In this document: positions 42,318 through 55,560 of the stretch, in pieces
Layout of the letters: the number at the start of each line of letters is the position of its first letter
Position numbering within the stretch: the stretch's first letter is position 1
DNA from: Blastocystis sp. Blastoise
Taxonomy: Eukaryota > Protista > Bigyra: Opalinata
Length of the DNA: 64,000 bases
Assembly: GCA_039096225.1 (NCBI GenBank)
Contig: JBBPEB010000024.1
Location: forward strand, 62,001 to 126,000
Reading direction: 5' to 3'
Notes under the pieces: generated by a model
The model's input: only the letters and a program-made list of their open reading frames with translations
Database searches by the model: none
What the model was told of the DNA's origin: nothing
Translations under genes and position numbers: made by a program

Positions 42318-44400
42318 CTTGTTGATCATGATATTATTAAGTTTTATTGACTACTTTTTTTTTCGGAAAGTAGTTAACTTATAAGAAATATTCTATTTTG
42401 AATTTGATAAATGTAAGAATTTTTAATAAGAATTATTTAATTATTTTTAATTGAATATAAAATTGAAAACTAAATATGTTCAAGGAGAATATAAAACATT
42501 TTTCGGCACAATCATTTATAAAAGAAGACAATTCCTTTATGTTTGAAGTTTTATATAATCTCTTTCATGGAATCATTATTAAAAAGTTTCTTTGTTTTCT
42601 AATTAGTTTTCATATCTTTAAATATCTATATATATATATATTTATAATGATTCTATTAATTACTATATGTGAGGATTATTTCATACATTTAACTATGATT
42701 ATAATTTATTTCTTTTTGAATATATAAATCAAAAATGGCATATGTTCTATTTCTTTCTGTTTTTATTCTTAATTTCAAATGAATTATATTATAAGAAAAC
42801 AGTCATTAATCTTATCAATAAAATTAATCATTTTTTATATATAGAAAATGTTAAACTATATCATTATCTGATTAAAATGAATAGATAATAATAATAATAA
42901 TAATAATAATTGTTATTAAAGATACTGTTTAAAACGATATGATTCTCACACATTGAATACGGAACATAGAAATTATATTTTGTAATAACAAATAGTATAT
43001 AGAAGATATCATTTTCAACTTACTTAATATTTTTCATTTTGAACACATTACTTTATTTTAATTATAATAAAATTGTTTCATAATTCGAAATATATATCAT
43101 ATATTATTAGTATTTATCAGAATATATTATGTAATCTCTTCTCGAATTCTATTATATAAGAATCTATTTTTGATACTGTTATCAATTTAGCGAAGTGAAA
43201 ATAATTATTTAACCTATCATACTATTTCTTAGTATTATTTATCATAACTGGTATTACTAGGTGCACTTTATTCTGAATATAAATTAATTTATTTGAAAGA
43301 AAATAATTTGCATTATTGAAACACTTCTTGATTATTTATAACTAATATATTTCTTTTCCTTGATTTGACCTTGAATTTAAATCTCAATCTTCTATTTATA
43401 ATTGAATCATCAAGTTTCTAATTATGTAGTTAGTAATCAGAAATGGATATTCTTTCTATTTAGTTCTTCTTCTTTTTAATGGTTTTATATAACATTAATT
43501 TTTGTTTTAATTATTTAAATTTCTTTTTAGTATTCAATAAAGAATCAGAATTCTTATGTCATATTATTAAATTGACTAATGATACTTATACTTAATACAG
43601 ATATTTCGTATTATTATTTGGTTTATCATATCATCAGCCATTAATGTTCTTCTTCATACGTAATTTCTTTATTATTTAATACTATTCTGATTAATTTTTC
43701 TTTTGTAAAGAATAACATTAATTATTTATGATTAAAATTAATAGAATTTAATTATACTATACTTTCTATTATACTACTGTGACTCTTTATTTTTACAGTT
43801 ATGATTACTTATAAAAACAATTTGATCATTAATTATACATTCTCCATATTTATTATGTTCTGTTATGATCTTATTTATAGATAAAAAAAGAAATGTATAT
43901 CTTTTTCCTATTATTAGTTATATATATTATGCTTTTATTTTAATTCAATTTTTCGTTGAAACCTTATTCGAATCAATATGAATTATTTCTTTTAAGCCTT
44001 AAAGATAAAGATTTTTTGCAAATATCTTTAAATAAAAATATCTAGAGTATATATTATTAAAATGAGAAATATCAATGTTTATCTTTACATAAATCTTCAT
44101 TGATTCATATTACTATGATTATTGCATGTTATTGAATAGTTTGATATTATAACTATCAAACTAATTAGAATAGTTGAATTAAATAAAATGGATACCAATT
44201 ATCTAATTAAAAATAATATATTATGAAGAATATTGTATTTCAAAGTGTCTTAAAATGTCATTTATATATAACTTTAACATCATACATATTTTAAAATATA
44301 ATTAAAAGATTATTATGAATATTATCTCCTAATGATAAACCATGATCTTTGTATCAAATCTTTTAGGATGTTATTTATATAAACAATATGGAAATATATG
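38480..44400. pseudogene. Heavily decayed coding-like sequence, unidentified (plus-strand spliced remnants at 38500-39700)
   Basis: Short GT-AG-bounded exon-like blocks with many stops; no recognisable motif. Confidence 0.3.
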
Positions 44401-44667
44401 AAAGATGATAATATATATAAAAATAAATAAGATAAATAAATATATATGTATACCGTTATATCCTAATATATTAAATAATATATATAAAAAAAATAAGATA
44501 AATAAACATATATGTATACCGTTGAATCTTTTGTATCTTAATATATTAAATACTAATGAAAGAAAATAAGAATTAATAAGAATTACATGAAATCAATCAT
44601 TTTTAATATAAATTAATAAATAAAATTAAATAAATAAAATAATTATTATATATGGGAAAATGTATTT

Positions 44668-46889
44668 TTATGACCATAAAGATTTTAAGTATCGTGTAGT
44701 AAAAACAGTATTAGTTTGAATATCGCTTGAATTGTATGCTCTTCTATTTGAATTCTTAGAATGTATATCTTCCTATAATAATTTAATATAGAAAAATATA
44801 TATAATAATTATATACTTGATTATATTCTTCATCCTCATCTTCACCCTTCCTTTTTATATGTATATCTGAAATAATAATATTATCAGGAATAATCTTATT
44901 GATTATTAAGAATGGAGATCCATATTTAGATTCTATTGGAACAGAATCATTTGAATTATTTATTATATAATATAATCTGCTAACTGATGGTTGTGAAACA
45001 GGGTATTCATGTTTTCTTATAAATACTATATCATTTATTTGAATATAATATAATGACTTTATTAGATGAATTGTATTCACATTTGATATATCTGTTGCAT
45101 TATATGCAATATAGGAGTTATCTAGTGACTCTATTCCTTCGTCTTCCTCTGTACTTGTAAACACTAATGATTCATTGATAAGAATTTCGGAATAATAAAA
45201 AATGGATAATAATTTCAAGTTTTCTTTTAGTTTATTATAAGATGAATTATGATCTAGTAAATCTATATTATTTGTGAGCAAATCCATATTAATATCTTTA
45301 AATAATAGTTGATTTATGGTAGTATCATTAAGTAAAATCAATTCTTTTATAAGATAATATATTTCTTGTTCATTAAGATCTTTCTCCTCTGACTCTCTTA
45401 AACCCTTTACAGAATGAATAAAGCTATTCTCAGCATATCTAATTGTTTTAAATTGTTTATGGGATTGATATTCATTATCATGAATGATATTGGTTTCAAC
45501 ATTATTCTCTAAATCAGCTAACATAGGTGAAGAAATATTTCTATTATTTATATTAGAAAAATCATTAATAAAACAAACTTCTTCTTGTATAAGTTTTTTT
45601 ATACTTGATTCATTAAAACATCTTCTTCCAAATGTTATCCGCTTTATTTTGGAGTAAAAACGTTCTGATTCATATGTACAACCATATAAATATGACCCTA
45701 CTGATTGTATAGAATCAGCTAAATGAAGATGTAGATGTATTTGTGAATTGATAATCTCTCGAGGCAATAAAACTTCACATAAGAAATTAAAAAGATAACA
45801 TTGTTTTCGTAGTATTTCTATATTGTTATTTAACATAAATAATTTATCATATTCAACTTCTCTAATTATTGTAGCTAAAGGATCAATAAGGAGAATAATT
45901 GAAGAATCTTCTATATTGAAATCATGAGTAATAAGAGGTAATATAACTGAAAAGAAGAATATTCTTGTATGCGAAGAAACACATGATATTTTCTTTTTAT
46001 TCATGATTAATCTAAACTCATATTCATATTTATTATATAAAGTATTAAGATTGATTATTCTTGTATTCAAAATATTCATGTTTTCTTTAGACAAACAATA
46101 TTTATTAACTACTTCAACTCCTTCAGTATTACTATCTTTTGAAACTAGTGAAGAGTAATGCTCAGTGTTAAAACCAAATAATAAGGATAGAAATAGAGTT
46201 ACAATATTATTAAATAGGTGCATTGTATCAATGCTGAAACTAGCTGAAATATCAAATAAGGGAATACTTTCAAATGGGCAACATTTCTTTTTGACACCCA
46301 TATATGATTCGTTCTCTTCACATAGACTTCTTTGAGTTCTTATAGTATCCATTGTCCTTTGATTATATTGCTTCATTTCAAACGCATCATTATATATATA
46401 TTCCAGTGGTATTGATTTAATTATTCTTGGTAGAAGACAAGATGTATCTTCTATATAATATGTATATATAGTAACATTTACTATTATATAAAAATGTATA
46501 TAAATGAAACAAAAATAGATATAAATATAGAAGAAACTAATACTAGAAATATATATAAAAATGTTTTTATTATGGATCATGAATATTAAGGAAATATGAA
46601 TTTAAATAATTATAATATCAATAATGGTATACTATACCAACTATTTAAAATATAGAGGCGATATAAGAAAAATTATATGAATAGTAATAACTATAAGATA
46701 TTGAACTACATATGATATTAATACAGATACTAAGGATAATAGTAGTACTAATAATAATATCAGTATAAAGAAGAATAAAGAATAATATATATACTATTAT
46801 GGATAATCAATGGAATATTGAAATAATGATAAAAGTAATATAATATAAATATAATAATATATATTTATAAAAAATATACTAATATAATT

Positions 46890-46959
<70 letters not shown>

Positions 46960-47950
46960 GGATTCTTGATAATTATTGGAAATTTTATTTCATTAATTTG
47001 ATTATTATCATTACTTTTGTCAATAAGATTAGATACACTTCCAAATGAGCATTTAATTCCTTCATGAAAATGTTCGTCTGTTCTTCCTATTTCTAATTCG
47101 CAACATCTACATGGGAAAATAGAAGATGGTCCACTGAAACAACCAATTGCTGTCATAGCGGCATAGTCTCCATATACATTTAATAATATTCCAACAACCT
47201 TTCTTTTTTGTATAGTGTTGTTTATCATTATATCCATTTCTATCCCCTTTGAAAGTTGTTTAAACTCTTCAACTATTATTGACATTATAGGCCAACTATG
47301 ATACTCTGAAGTAATTGCATAAGTCCAAAAAGATCTCTTATCATAATTTCTTTTAATATTATAGTTTAATAGCTTTATTAATAGAGGAAAGGAGGATCTA
47401 TTATAATCTGAAGAAGAATGCGAAAATACTGATATCCCATCACAAGTAAAACTAAAGGCTAAGAAAATATCGCCATTTTCTAGTAATCCTTCAATATACT
47501 TCTTATATGTAATACTTCTTAAAAAAAGAGGAATATCATCTGGAATACTATTTTGATCTGAATTAATTATTGATAATATATCTTCTTTTTTATAAAGAGA
47601 AATATCTTGGATCATTGTTTTTGATTTTAGCATTTGTCTTATCCTTGGTATTATAGGTACAATTGTTATTCTTCTACCTAAATAAACAATAATGCATATC
47701 TTATATATTAAAAATATAATATTATTGTCATACTTGATTTTACCTCACAAATACTATTTGAACAAGTCCTTTTTTCTATTTCAATTGATTCTTTACCTTT
47801 ATTATATCCAAGAATAGTATTACAACAATCTGATACATATATGTTAAGAGTAGAAACTTTATTAGGTACTAATCTTATTAATTTTTGTACTGCCTGTTGA
47901 CCATAAAGAGGAATATCAAATTTATTTATTGATGGATTTATTATCATTAC
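44668..47950 (-). CDS. CACTA/EnSpm (Transposase_21 + DUF4218-like) transposase, intron-containing, 5' part missing
   Basis: FSFTCDGISVF..SSFPL, LLNVYGDYAA..CRCC, SIDTMHL, and EVLLPREIINSQIHLHLHLADSIQSVG..YESERFY fit the CACTA DG/D/DxMH/H..H/ER motifs. Introns include ~46453-46956 and 44773-44816. Confidence 0.8.
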
Positions 47951-47966
47951 TATATATATGAGAATA

Positions 47967-48120
47967 GGCAAAAAAATTCCCATTGGTCAGTTTTTGGAAA
48001 ATGCATTTGATTGGCTAATGTATACTCAAGTTTGTGTACACAACTCCTCTAAACTTACGGGGAGTTAACTTTTGGTTGAAACACAGTTCAATACGATATA
48101 ACGTGTAGTTTTGCACCGTA
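47967..48120 (+). mobile_element. Possible MULE-like terminus interrupting an intron of the CACTA gene
   Basis: Abrupt change to GGCAAAAAAATTCCC..., similar in style to the end at 55466. Partner TIR not found. Confidence 0.3.
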
Positions 48121-49389
48121 TATTTGGTTAAGCGATATTATTAATAATTAAAAAGTTATTAATAAAAGAACAGAAAACATGATTTTTGAGTCGTTTTTGA
48201 TTGGCTCTTTGGGATCATAAAGATAAAAATTGTTGACCAGACAATTGAAAAATAAACATGGGGTAAACTTGATTTTTTCTCAATCCCACAATATACGTTA
48301 TCCATGTTTATTCTTTATATTTATCTACTTTTTAATACTTTTTCATATTGAACACGTGAGGCCTTAACGGTCAAATTTAGATTCTCAATTTGACATCATA
48401 TTCTGATTCAGGAGGTCCAAAAACCTAGGTGTAGCGATTTTGAGCTCCTGAGGACGATTTTTGAGTGATCGATATTTTCTTTGATCTTCTTATAATTGAC
48501 TAATATTGTAGTATTGTAATCAATAGGTCATAAAACTACTATAGTAGAAACAAAGTTTTTAAATAACGAGTTTAAAAGTGACAATTTTGAAAAATGTGAA
48601 TTAAGTGGTCTTAGAGTGAGAGATTCAATATAATGACTTTTATTTAATAAACTATAGTTATAACTCCATACTATGTTAAAAGGAGAGTCAAAATTATGAA
48701 GGTCAAAGTGTATGGGCAAATGACAAAATGTGTCTTAAAATGTTTAAGATGTTGACTGTTGTGTTTATTGATCCAGATCAAGTCTACTCTACAAATATTA
48801 ACTTTAACTAACAAGTTAAAGGTTGCCAATTTGTCAAAATGTTTTAAAGGCTGTCTTAAACAAAGAGATTCAAAAAGCGGACTTTCATTTTATACATAGC
48901 ATGTGTATATAAATACTTTATTTAAATAGCTTTAGAAAATATTGTGGATGAGTGTTTTGTCAAATGGTAAAGTTGTATCAAGAGTTGATTGTTTTCATTC
49001 CTTTTTATTTAAATCAATGTTTCATGTCCACTCTATAAAAATAACCTTTTAATGATATGTTTAACACCTCAAAGTCAACATGTGTGTTTGGTTTGTTTAC
49101 TTTTAATAGTTGAAAATCAGTTTAAATCAATAAATCATGTTTTACACATGTACTCTTATTGATTCAAACAATTTAGAGATAATTTATTTGTTTGAGTATA
49201 AATAGATTTGTTCTCATTGTGACTGTTGTTAAGAAGAGGAAGTCTAAAAAAGCTATAAAAAGTTAGATATATATGTTTAAGGTCAAAATTGAAAAGTATA
49301 AATTAAAATGGTTTAAAATAAATTTAAAAAAGAGAATATATATATATATATAATATGTGAATAAAATATTAAAAAATAAAAAAATAACA

Positions 49390-49455
49390 CTTTATGTCAG
49401 GAATTGAACCTGAAAACAATCTATATGATTGTTTCTCTCCTTCTAGAGCATAAAA
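49390..49455 (-). ncRNA. tRNA-like cloverleaf, copy A
   Basis: TTTTATG-CTCT(AGAAGG)AGAG-AAACAATC(ATATA)GATTGTTT-TCAGG(TTCAATT)CCTGA-CATAAAG. Expression unknown. Confidence 0.7.
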
Positions 49456-49684
49456 GGAGTTTAAAGAATAATAATAATTATTATATATATATATATAATA
49501 GGAATGAAGAAGGAAGAAGTAAGAATGAGGAAGAAGTAAGAAGGAAAAGAAAGAAGGCAGAAAGAAGAAGGAAGGATGAGGAAGAAGGAAGAATAAAGGA
49601 TGAGGAAGAAAAAGGAAGAAAGAAGAAAAAAACTAAGAAGATTATTAAACCTATATACAATAGAAAACATATAATAAATAAATA

Positions 49685-49689
49685 ATGAA

Positions 49690-49724
<35 letters not shown>

Positions 49725-49907
49725 ACAGCCCCTTCCCTGAGGCCATTTTTTTTTGCTGCGCAGCAATTGTCACAAAAAAATGTGACACTTTTGCTATTTT
49801 TTGACAGTGTAAAAATTTCTTTTTCGTATTCATCAATATTAAGTCTGACTTAAAGTGTCTTTTTGTGACAGTCACAGCAAGTGTCACAGAAGTGAGGGAA
49901 GGCACTG

Positions 49908-49970
<63 letters not shown>

Positions 49971-49999
49971 ATTAATTAATTAATTAATTAATTAATTAA

Positions 50000-50038
<39 letters not shown>

Positions 50039-50039
50039 A
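49685..50039. repeat. (AAAT)n/(AATT)n microsatellite split by a MITE
   Basis: Direct reading. Confidence 0.9.
49726..49907. mobile_element. hAT-type MITE, copy 1 (182 bp)
   Basis: Ends CAGCCCCTTCCC...GGGAAGGCACTG with TAAATAAA on both sides (within a microsatellite); homologous to 53489-53680. Confidence 0.8.
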
Positions 50040-50750
50040 CATCAAAATAATAAAAATAATAAATAAAATATAAATATATACCTATAAATTAACCTGAAAC
50101 CACAGATTAAAAAGAAAGACATGAAAAAACGAAGACCACAACACATCAACAACATTTTCTTTTCTATAGAATAAAAATAATAATAATATATTGAATAAAT
50201 GATATATAAGCACAAAATAAACAAAATGGATAATAAAAAAAAATAAATAATAAAAGAAACAAATGAATTAAAAAAGAAATACTAAAAAGAAATATATATT
50301 TATATACCTGAAACAAAGTAATCCATTACACACAACCAAGACCACTTCAAGAATCCTTCACTACCACAACCAAGACAAATACAAAAGAATCCTATAGAAA
50401 AGTGTATTATTTTAAATAAATAAATATATACATACAAATATATATAAAAATAATAACTAAACAATATCAAATAAATAAATAAAACATACTCAGTCAATCA
50501 ATATAATTAAATATTTAAAAAAAGAGTAAAGAACTATGTTTTTTGGGTACCCAAAATGATTTTAAATAAGAATGACCCAATTATTACTTTAGTAACAAAA
50601 TCAATGAAAAATTAAGGTTTTTTTTGATTTCTATTATGTTTAAAGAAGCATATTTTGAAAATAGACCCTATTATATTTATTAATACAAATGAAATAGAAT
50701 TCTTAAATACATATTCAAATACTTAATTGTATATTATATTATTAAATAAG

Positions 50751-52111
50751 ATGTCTAAAAACAACAAAATGTCATCCAGGAGGAGGTCTGGAAATAAAAA
50801 ATAATTTATATTTCAAAGAAAATCAGGTATATTATATCTATTTGTTATTATTATTCATATTTAGATTCTTCTACTCAATAAAATCCAGTTATGTATGCTC
50901 TTGGTCTTGGTGGTACTTGCTATGATGGTCTTTAAGGTATATATTTTTCCATTTCTTTTTTTTTTAATTATTTATTATATTATTTTAGGTTCTTCTATGT
51001 TATTTGTATCATACAGAGGTGGTGGTGTTGCCTGTTATGCTAACTGTGAAGGTATGTTGTCAATGATTTGTTTTTATTTTTTTAACTTTTCTTTATTTAT
51101 AGGTTCTTCTGTTGTTTTAAATAATGCTAATGATTCTAATGATGTAGATGTAGGTTCTTCTTATTGTATTGAAGGTATGTTACCAATCATTTATTTTATT
51201 ATATTTTTCTTTTATTATTTCTTTGTATATATAGGTTCATTAGTTGTTGTGCATGTTAACAGTGATGCTGATGATAGAAGTTTGTGTGATGTTAAAGGTA
51301 TGTTGTCATTCATTTATTCTTAATTTTTTACTTTTATATATATAGGTTGTTTTATTGATGTAACTACTGCTGTTGATGTTGTTGGTGATCAGGTAGACTG
51401 CTACTATGGTATTAAAGGTATATATATATTGTCATTCATTTATTATTATTATTTTTTATTATTATTTGTCTATTACTTTTTCTTTATAGGTTCTTTTATT
51501 GCTGTGAGTGTGGTTTCTGAAGGTGTTAATAATTAAGGTAAGTCTTTTTTTAATTTAATTTAGTTTATTATTATTTTTTATTTATATATAGGTGCTTCTA
51601 TTCTGATAGAGTCTTCTATTATAGGTTATGATATAGGTATATTCTTATTTCTTTATTTCTTTCTTTTTAATTTTATTTTAATTTATTAATACTATCTTTT
51701 TCATATATAGGTTGTTCAACTCTGTTATGATATGATGGTTATTCTTTTGTTCTTCTTTAGAAGGTATATATATGTATTTATTCTTTATTCATATATATAT
51801 ATCATTATTATTATCTATATCATTTATTATATGTAGGTGTACCATCTAATTTAGGATACTATCATCATGTGATGATGTGTATTCTTATAAATAGAAATAT
51901 ATCTAAAGGTATACATATATATACATATTATTATTATTATGTATTTTTTAATATATATATCTATATCTTTATCTATATAGGTGATAGTGCTAATAATTCT
52001 TTAATACTTAAAGGTATATATATATATATATATTACATATATTTATTATTGTATCTCTTATATATGTATATATATATGTTTTTTATTTCTATAGGTTCTT
52101 CTGATGTGATA
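50751..52111 (+). pseudogene. Gene built from tandemly duplicated phase-1 mini-exons (GSS...EG/KG), with in-frame stops
   Basis: About 12 exons mostly bounded by TAG|GT...AG|GTA, e.g. 63, 72, 63 and 72 nt (GSSMLFVSYRGGGVACYANCEG; GSSVVLNNANDSNDVDVGSSYCIEG). TAA stops occur in several exons. Confidence 0.6.
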
Positions 52112-53488
52112 GTATGTAGAAAATGTTTTTTTTTTTTTATTTTTCTTCTTTTTATTTTGCTTATTATTTTTTATTATTATTTACTTTCTTTATATATCTA
52201 TTTATTTAATAGAATACTTTGTTTTGTATATTTTGTTTTGTTCGTATTATTATTTTTATTTTTTATGTGTTGACTATTAAGATAATTGTTGAATTACTTA
52301 ATGTTAATAGTATGTATCCTTTTAATTTTTATATTTAATTTAATTAAAACATCTATTGTTCGAATTTATTTCGATTAACCAAACCAATGTAATGATATCA
52401 ATGATTTAGTTATTGTTAAGTGTTGAAATTTTCCAATTACTCATATTGCATATACATATTATTGTGTAAATATCAACTCATAACAGTAAGTTTAAGGTTG
52501 TAAATTAAAAAAGTATTATCTTAAAATAGGAGATTCAAAATTCTAAAAAATGTTTAATATACGCTAAGCTGAATTCTAAAACATATTAAAAAATAAGAGA
52601 ATTCTATTTTTCACAAGTGAATTAACAATGTGTTTGAGTTGTTCAGAAATTTTAAAGAGTTAGTCTATTTGTTCAAAATTATGTTTTGGTTAGACTATGA
52701 AAATTATGACTTTTAAAAACAAGTTTAAAGGGGTTGATCTTTTTAAATGTAGAAATGAATTACCCAAAGGACGAGATTCAATATAAAACATTTTGTTTAT
52801 CAAACTATGGTTTATAGTCTAAATTATGTTAAATAGAGGGACAAATATACTCTTGACAAAGTGAATGAGCAAGTGCAAATGATTCATAAAGAGTATTAAA
52901 ATTATTGTTATTGTGTAGATAGAGTTATGTTGAGTATAGTGTTTAAATATTAGGTTTTGAAACTAACTATAAGTGGGTCCACTTTTCAAAATGTGTTAAA
53001 AATAGTCTTTAGCTCAGAGATTCAAAACATTAAATACTAATTAATAAATAACACGATGAGATCTATACTGTGTGAAAGTTATGTCTAAAACTATTTTGAT
53101 ACACTGGATATCGAAATTGTTAAGTCTCTCTAAAAGTAATATTGTTGATACTTTTGTGTATAAGAATGCTATTTAGAATGACTCTAATATTAATTTAAAA
53201 CTATGTGTTTAAGTCGTTAAAATTAAAATGAATGTTAACTTTGTTGTGTTAAAATATGTTTTAGTTTTATGAAATGGTTAAAGAAAGTTTAAGCTATTTT
53301 ATTCTAATCTATTTAAAATGATTTTACGCATAAAAATCTTTTTCAATACTTAACATTCTAATCCATTTCTAAATTTATTAGCTTTAAAAATCGCATAATG
53401 ACTAAAACAGTAAGTTAACTATTTATAAATACAAAATATATTTTAAAAATAATAGATAACAAATATAATGATTCAAAAAAGATTTATA

Positions 53489-53680
53489 CAGTGACTTCCA
53501 AAAGGCCCTTTTTTTTGCGGTGCCGCAATTGTCACAGAAAAATGTGACACTTTTGTTAATTTTTGACACTGTAAAAATATTTATTATTATATTAAGTCAT
53601 ATTAAGTCTGACTTAAAGTGACTTTATGTGACTGTCAAAAAAAGTCACCGCAAGTGTCACAAAAAGTCGGGAAGGCACTG
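53489..53680. mobile_element. hAT-type MITE, copy 2 (192 bp)
   Basis: TIRs CAGTGACTTCC / GGAAGGCACTG with a perfect 8-bp TSD GATTTATA (53481-53488, 53681-53688); internal GTCAC/GTGAC repeats. Confidence 0.9.
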
Positions 53681-53743
53681 GATTTATATTTAAAAAAATA
53701 TTGTTTTTAGTTTTTCAGATATTATTCAAATAACATATTTTAT

Positions 53744-53811
53744 TCTTATATCAGGAATTGAACCTGATTACAATCAATAAATGATTGTTTCTTTCCATAT
53801 AGAGTATAAGA
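53744..53811 (-). ncRNA. tRNA-like cloverleaf, copy B
   Basis: TCTTATA-CTCT(ATATGG)AAAG-AAACAATC(ATTTATT)GATTGTAA-TCAGG(TTCAATT)CCTGA-TATAAGA. Confidence 0.7.
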
Positions 53812-53978
53812 AGTGCTATTAAAATAATATATAATATATAATATTTAATATATAATAGATAACATATAATAAATAATAGATAATGGATAATAAATAATAT
53901 ATAATATATAATACATAATACATAATATATAATAAGGAAAGAACGTGAATAAAAATCAAACACTTATTATTCATTGCA

Positions 53979-54025
53979 GCCGCGGTCCGGTGCCGTTAGG
54001 CCCCGGACCTGCGGCGTGACCCTAG
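53979..54025 (+). mobile_element. Helitron 3' terminus (hairpin + CTAG|T)
   Basis: GCCGCGGTCCGGTGCC-GTTA-GGCCCCGGACCTGCGGC, then GTGACC-CTAG|T. Confidence 0.85.
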
Positions 54026-54267
54026 TGCTTATTAAAATGAATTTTATAAATTAAAAATACTCAAGAGTACTTCACATTGTGACTCATTTCTGAAGTTATT
54101 GACTTTAAAAACTCACAAAATGTTTAAAACAGTTGTTTAATTATTTATAAATACAAAATATATATTTAAAAATAAATTGTTGTGATGAATATAACTCAAG
54201 ATGTTATTTTTTATTAATAAATAACTTTTTTTCTTTTTTCATTTCTTATTTAAAAAGTCTAAAATAA

Positions 54268-54335
54268 TCTTATATCAGGAATTGAACCTGATCACAATCA
54301 CTTACTGATTGTAACTCTCCATATAGACTATAAGA
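54268..54335 (-). ncRNA. tRNA-like cloverleaf, copy C
   Basis: TCTTATA-GTCT(ATATGG)AGAG-TTACAATC(AGTAAGT)GATTGTGA-TCAGG(TTCAATT)CCTGA-TATAAGA. Confidence 0.7.
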
Positions 54336-54475
54336 AATTTATAATATATAATATATAATATAAAATAGATAATTGATAATAAATAATACATAATAAATCA
54401 TAAATAATAAAAATATATAATATATAATATATAATATATAAGATAATAAAAAACTCTTTATATACTCTTTATGCA

Positions 54476-54522
54476 GCCGTGGTCTAGTGCCGTTAGGCAC
54501 TGGACCTGTGACGTGACCCTAG
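54476..54522 (+). mobile_element. Second Helitron 3' terminus (hairpin + CTAG|T)
   Basis: GCCGTGGTCTAGTGCC-GTTA-GGCACTGGACCTGTGAC-GTGACC-CTAG|T; directly abuts CACTA coding sequence. Confidence 0.85.
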
Positions 54523-55465
54523 TATAATAAAAATGAATATGAGTTCAGATATATATTAGATGAAAAGAAATATTATAATATGTCATCACATTCAAGAATC
54601 TTCTTCGTATCATATATACTGCCACTAATAACCCTAGACTTTAGTAATGTTGATTCACCAATAATATTATTAATAGATCCTCTAGCTACAATAATGTATC
54701 AGACATTTTCATATAATGGTAATACTCCCAGCGTTTTATTAAACATATTTAAAGATCAATGTTCTCTGTTCTGTTTTCTTTGTGAACTATTGTTACCAAG
54801 AGAAATTATAAACTCTCAAATTCATCTTATGAAACACTTACATGAAAACAATTATAAATTCAGGATCTTTAATATACTCTTCCACCTATGAATCTGAACG
54901 TTTCTACTCATTTCTTAAACTATCTACTTACGGAAGAAAAAGATTTAATGAATTATGTATTAGAGTAATAATAGAAAAGGAGGTCACTGATATTAACTTA
55001 ACTGAAAATTTAGAGGATATAAATGAAGATAATATAGTAAATAATATATTAATTTCTGAATATAATAATGATAATGAAAATGATTTTATTTTTCGAGAGA
55101 ATATATTTGAATGTTTTAATAATATTTACATTAATCGAGGAGAAATAAATGTAGTAAAGTGTTTGCGTGCTTCTCCAAATATTGATAAATCTGAATCACA
55201 AATAAAGGAAATAATTTATATTCTATTATCATCACCTAATGACTTTGTTAATATGGCACTTCTCCCTAATGTAGATATAAACAGTTATATAAATATTTCA
55301 AGTTGTCTTGAAGATCATTCTGCTTTTCAAATATTGCTTCTAAACTTCAAAAAGATACCTATTGTATTTTACTCAGAAGTATTAATTAATGAAACCAAAG
55401 TATTTTCTTCTTCAGGAGTTGATGAATGTATTGAACGACAAGATAATTCATATATAATGTATAAT
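54523..55465 (+). pseudogene. CACTA transposase internal fragment (frameshift near 54845), cut on both sides by other elements
   Basis: YNKNEYEFR..SSHSRIFF..LLIDPLATI..LLPREIINSQIHL..TYESERFY..DNSYI is collinear with the 44685-46580 ORF. Confidence 0.85.
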
Positions 55466-55560
55466 GGAAAAATGTTAGAAATACCCAGATTTCCCTATTG
55501 ATTTGTATACATACCCAATTTTTTGTATGATTTGTTAGAAATACCCAAAAATTTCTGTTA
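55466..55560 (+). mobile_element. MULE-like terminus
   Basis: GGAAAAATGTTAGAAATACCC with repeated (TGTTAGAA)ATACCCA begins exactly where CACTA homology stops. Partner end not found. Confidence 0.45.

Noticed and set aside
18813-51540. Reassigned stop codons (in-frame TAG/TGA/TAA in several genes)
   Set aside because: The 2684-aa and 1463-aa ORFs contain none and end in TAA; the stops are of mixed types and explained by point mutation.
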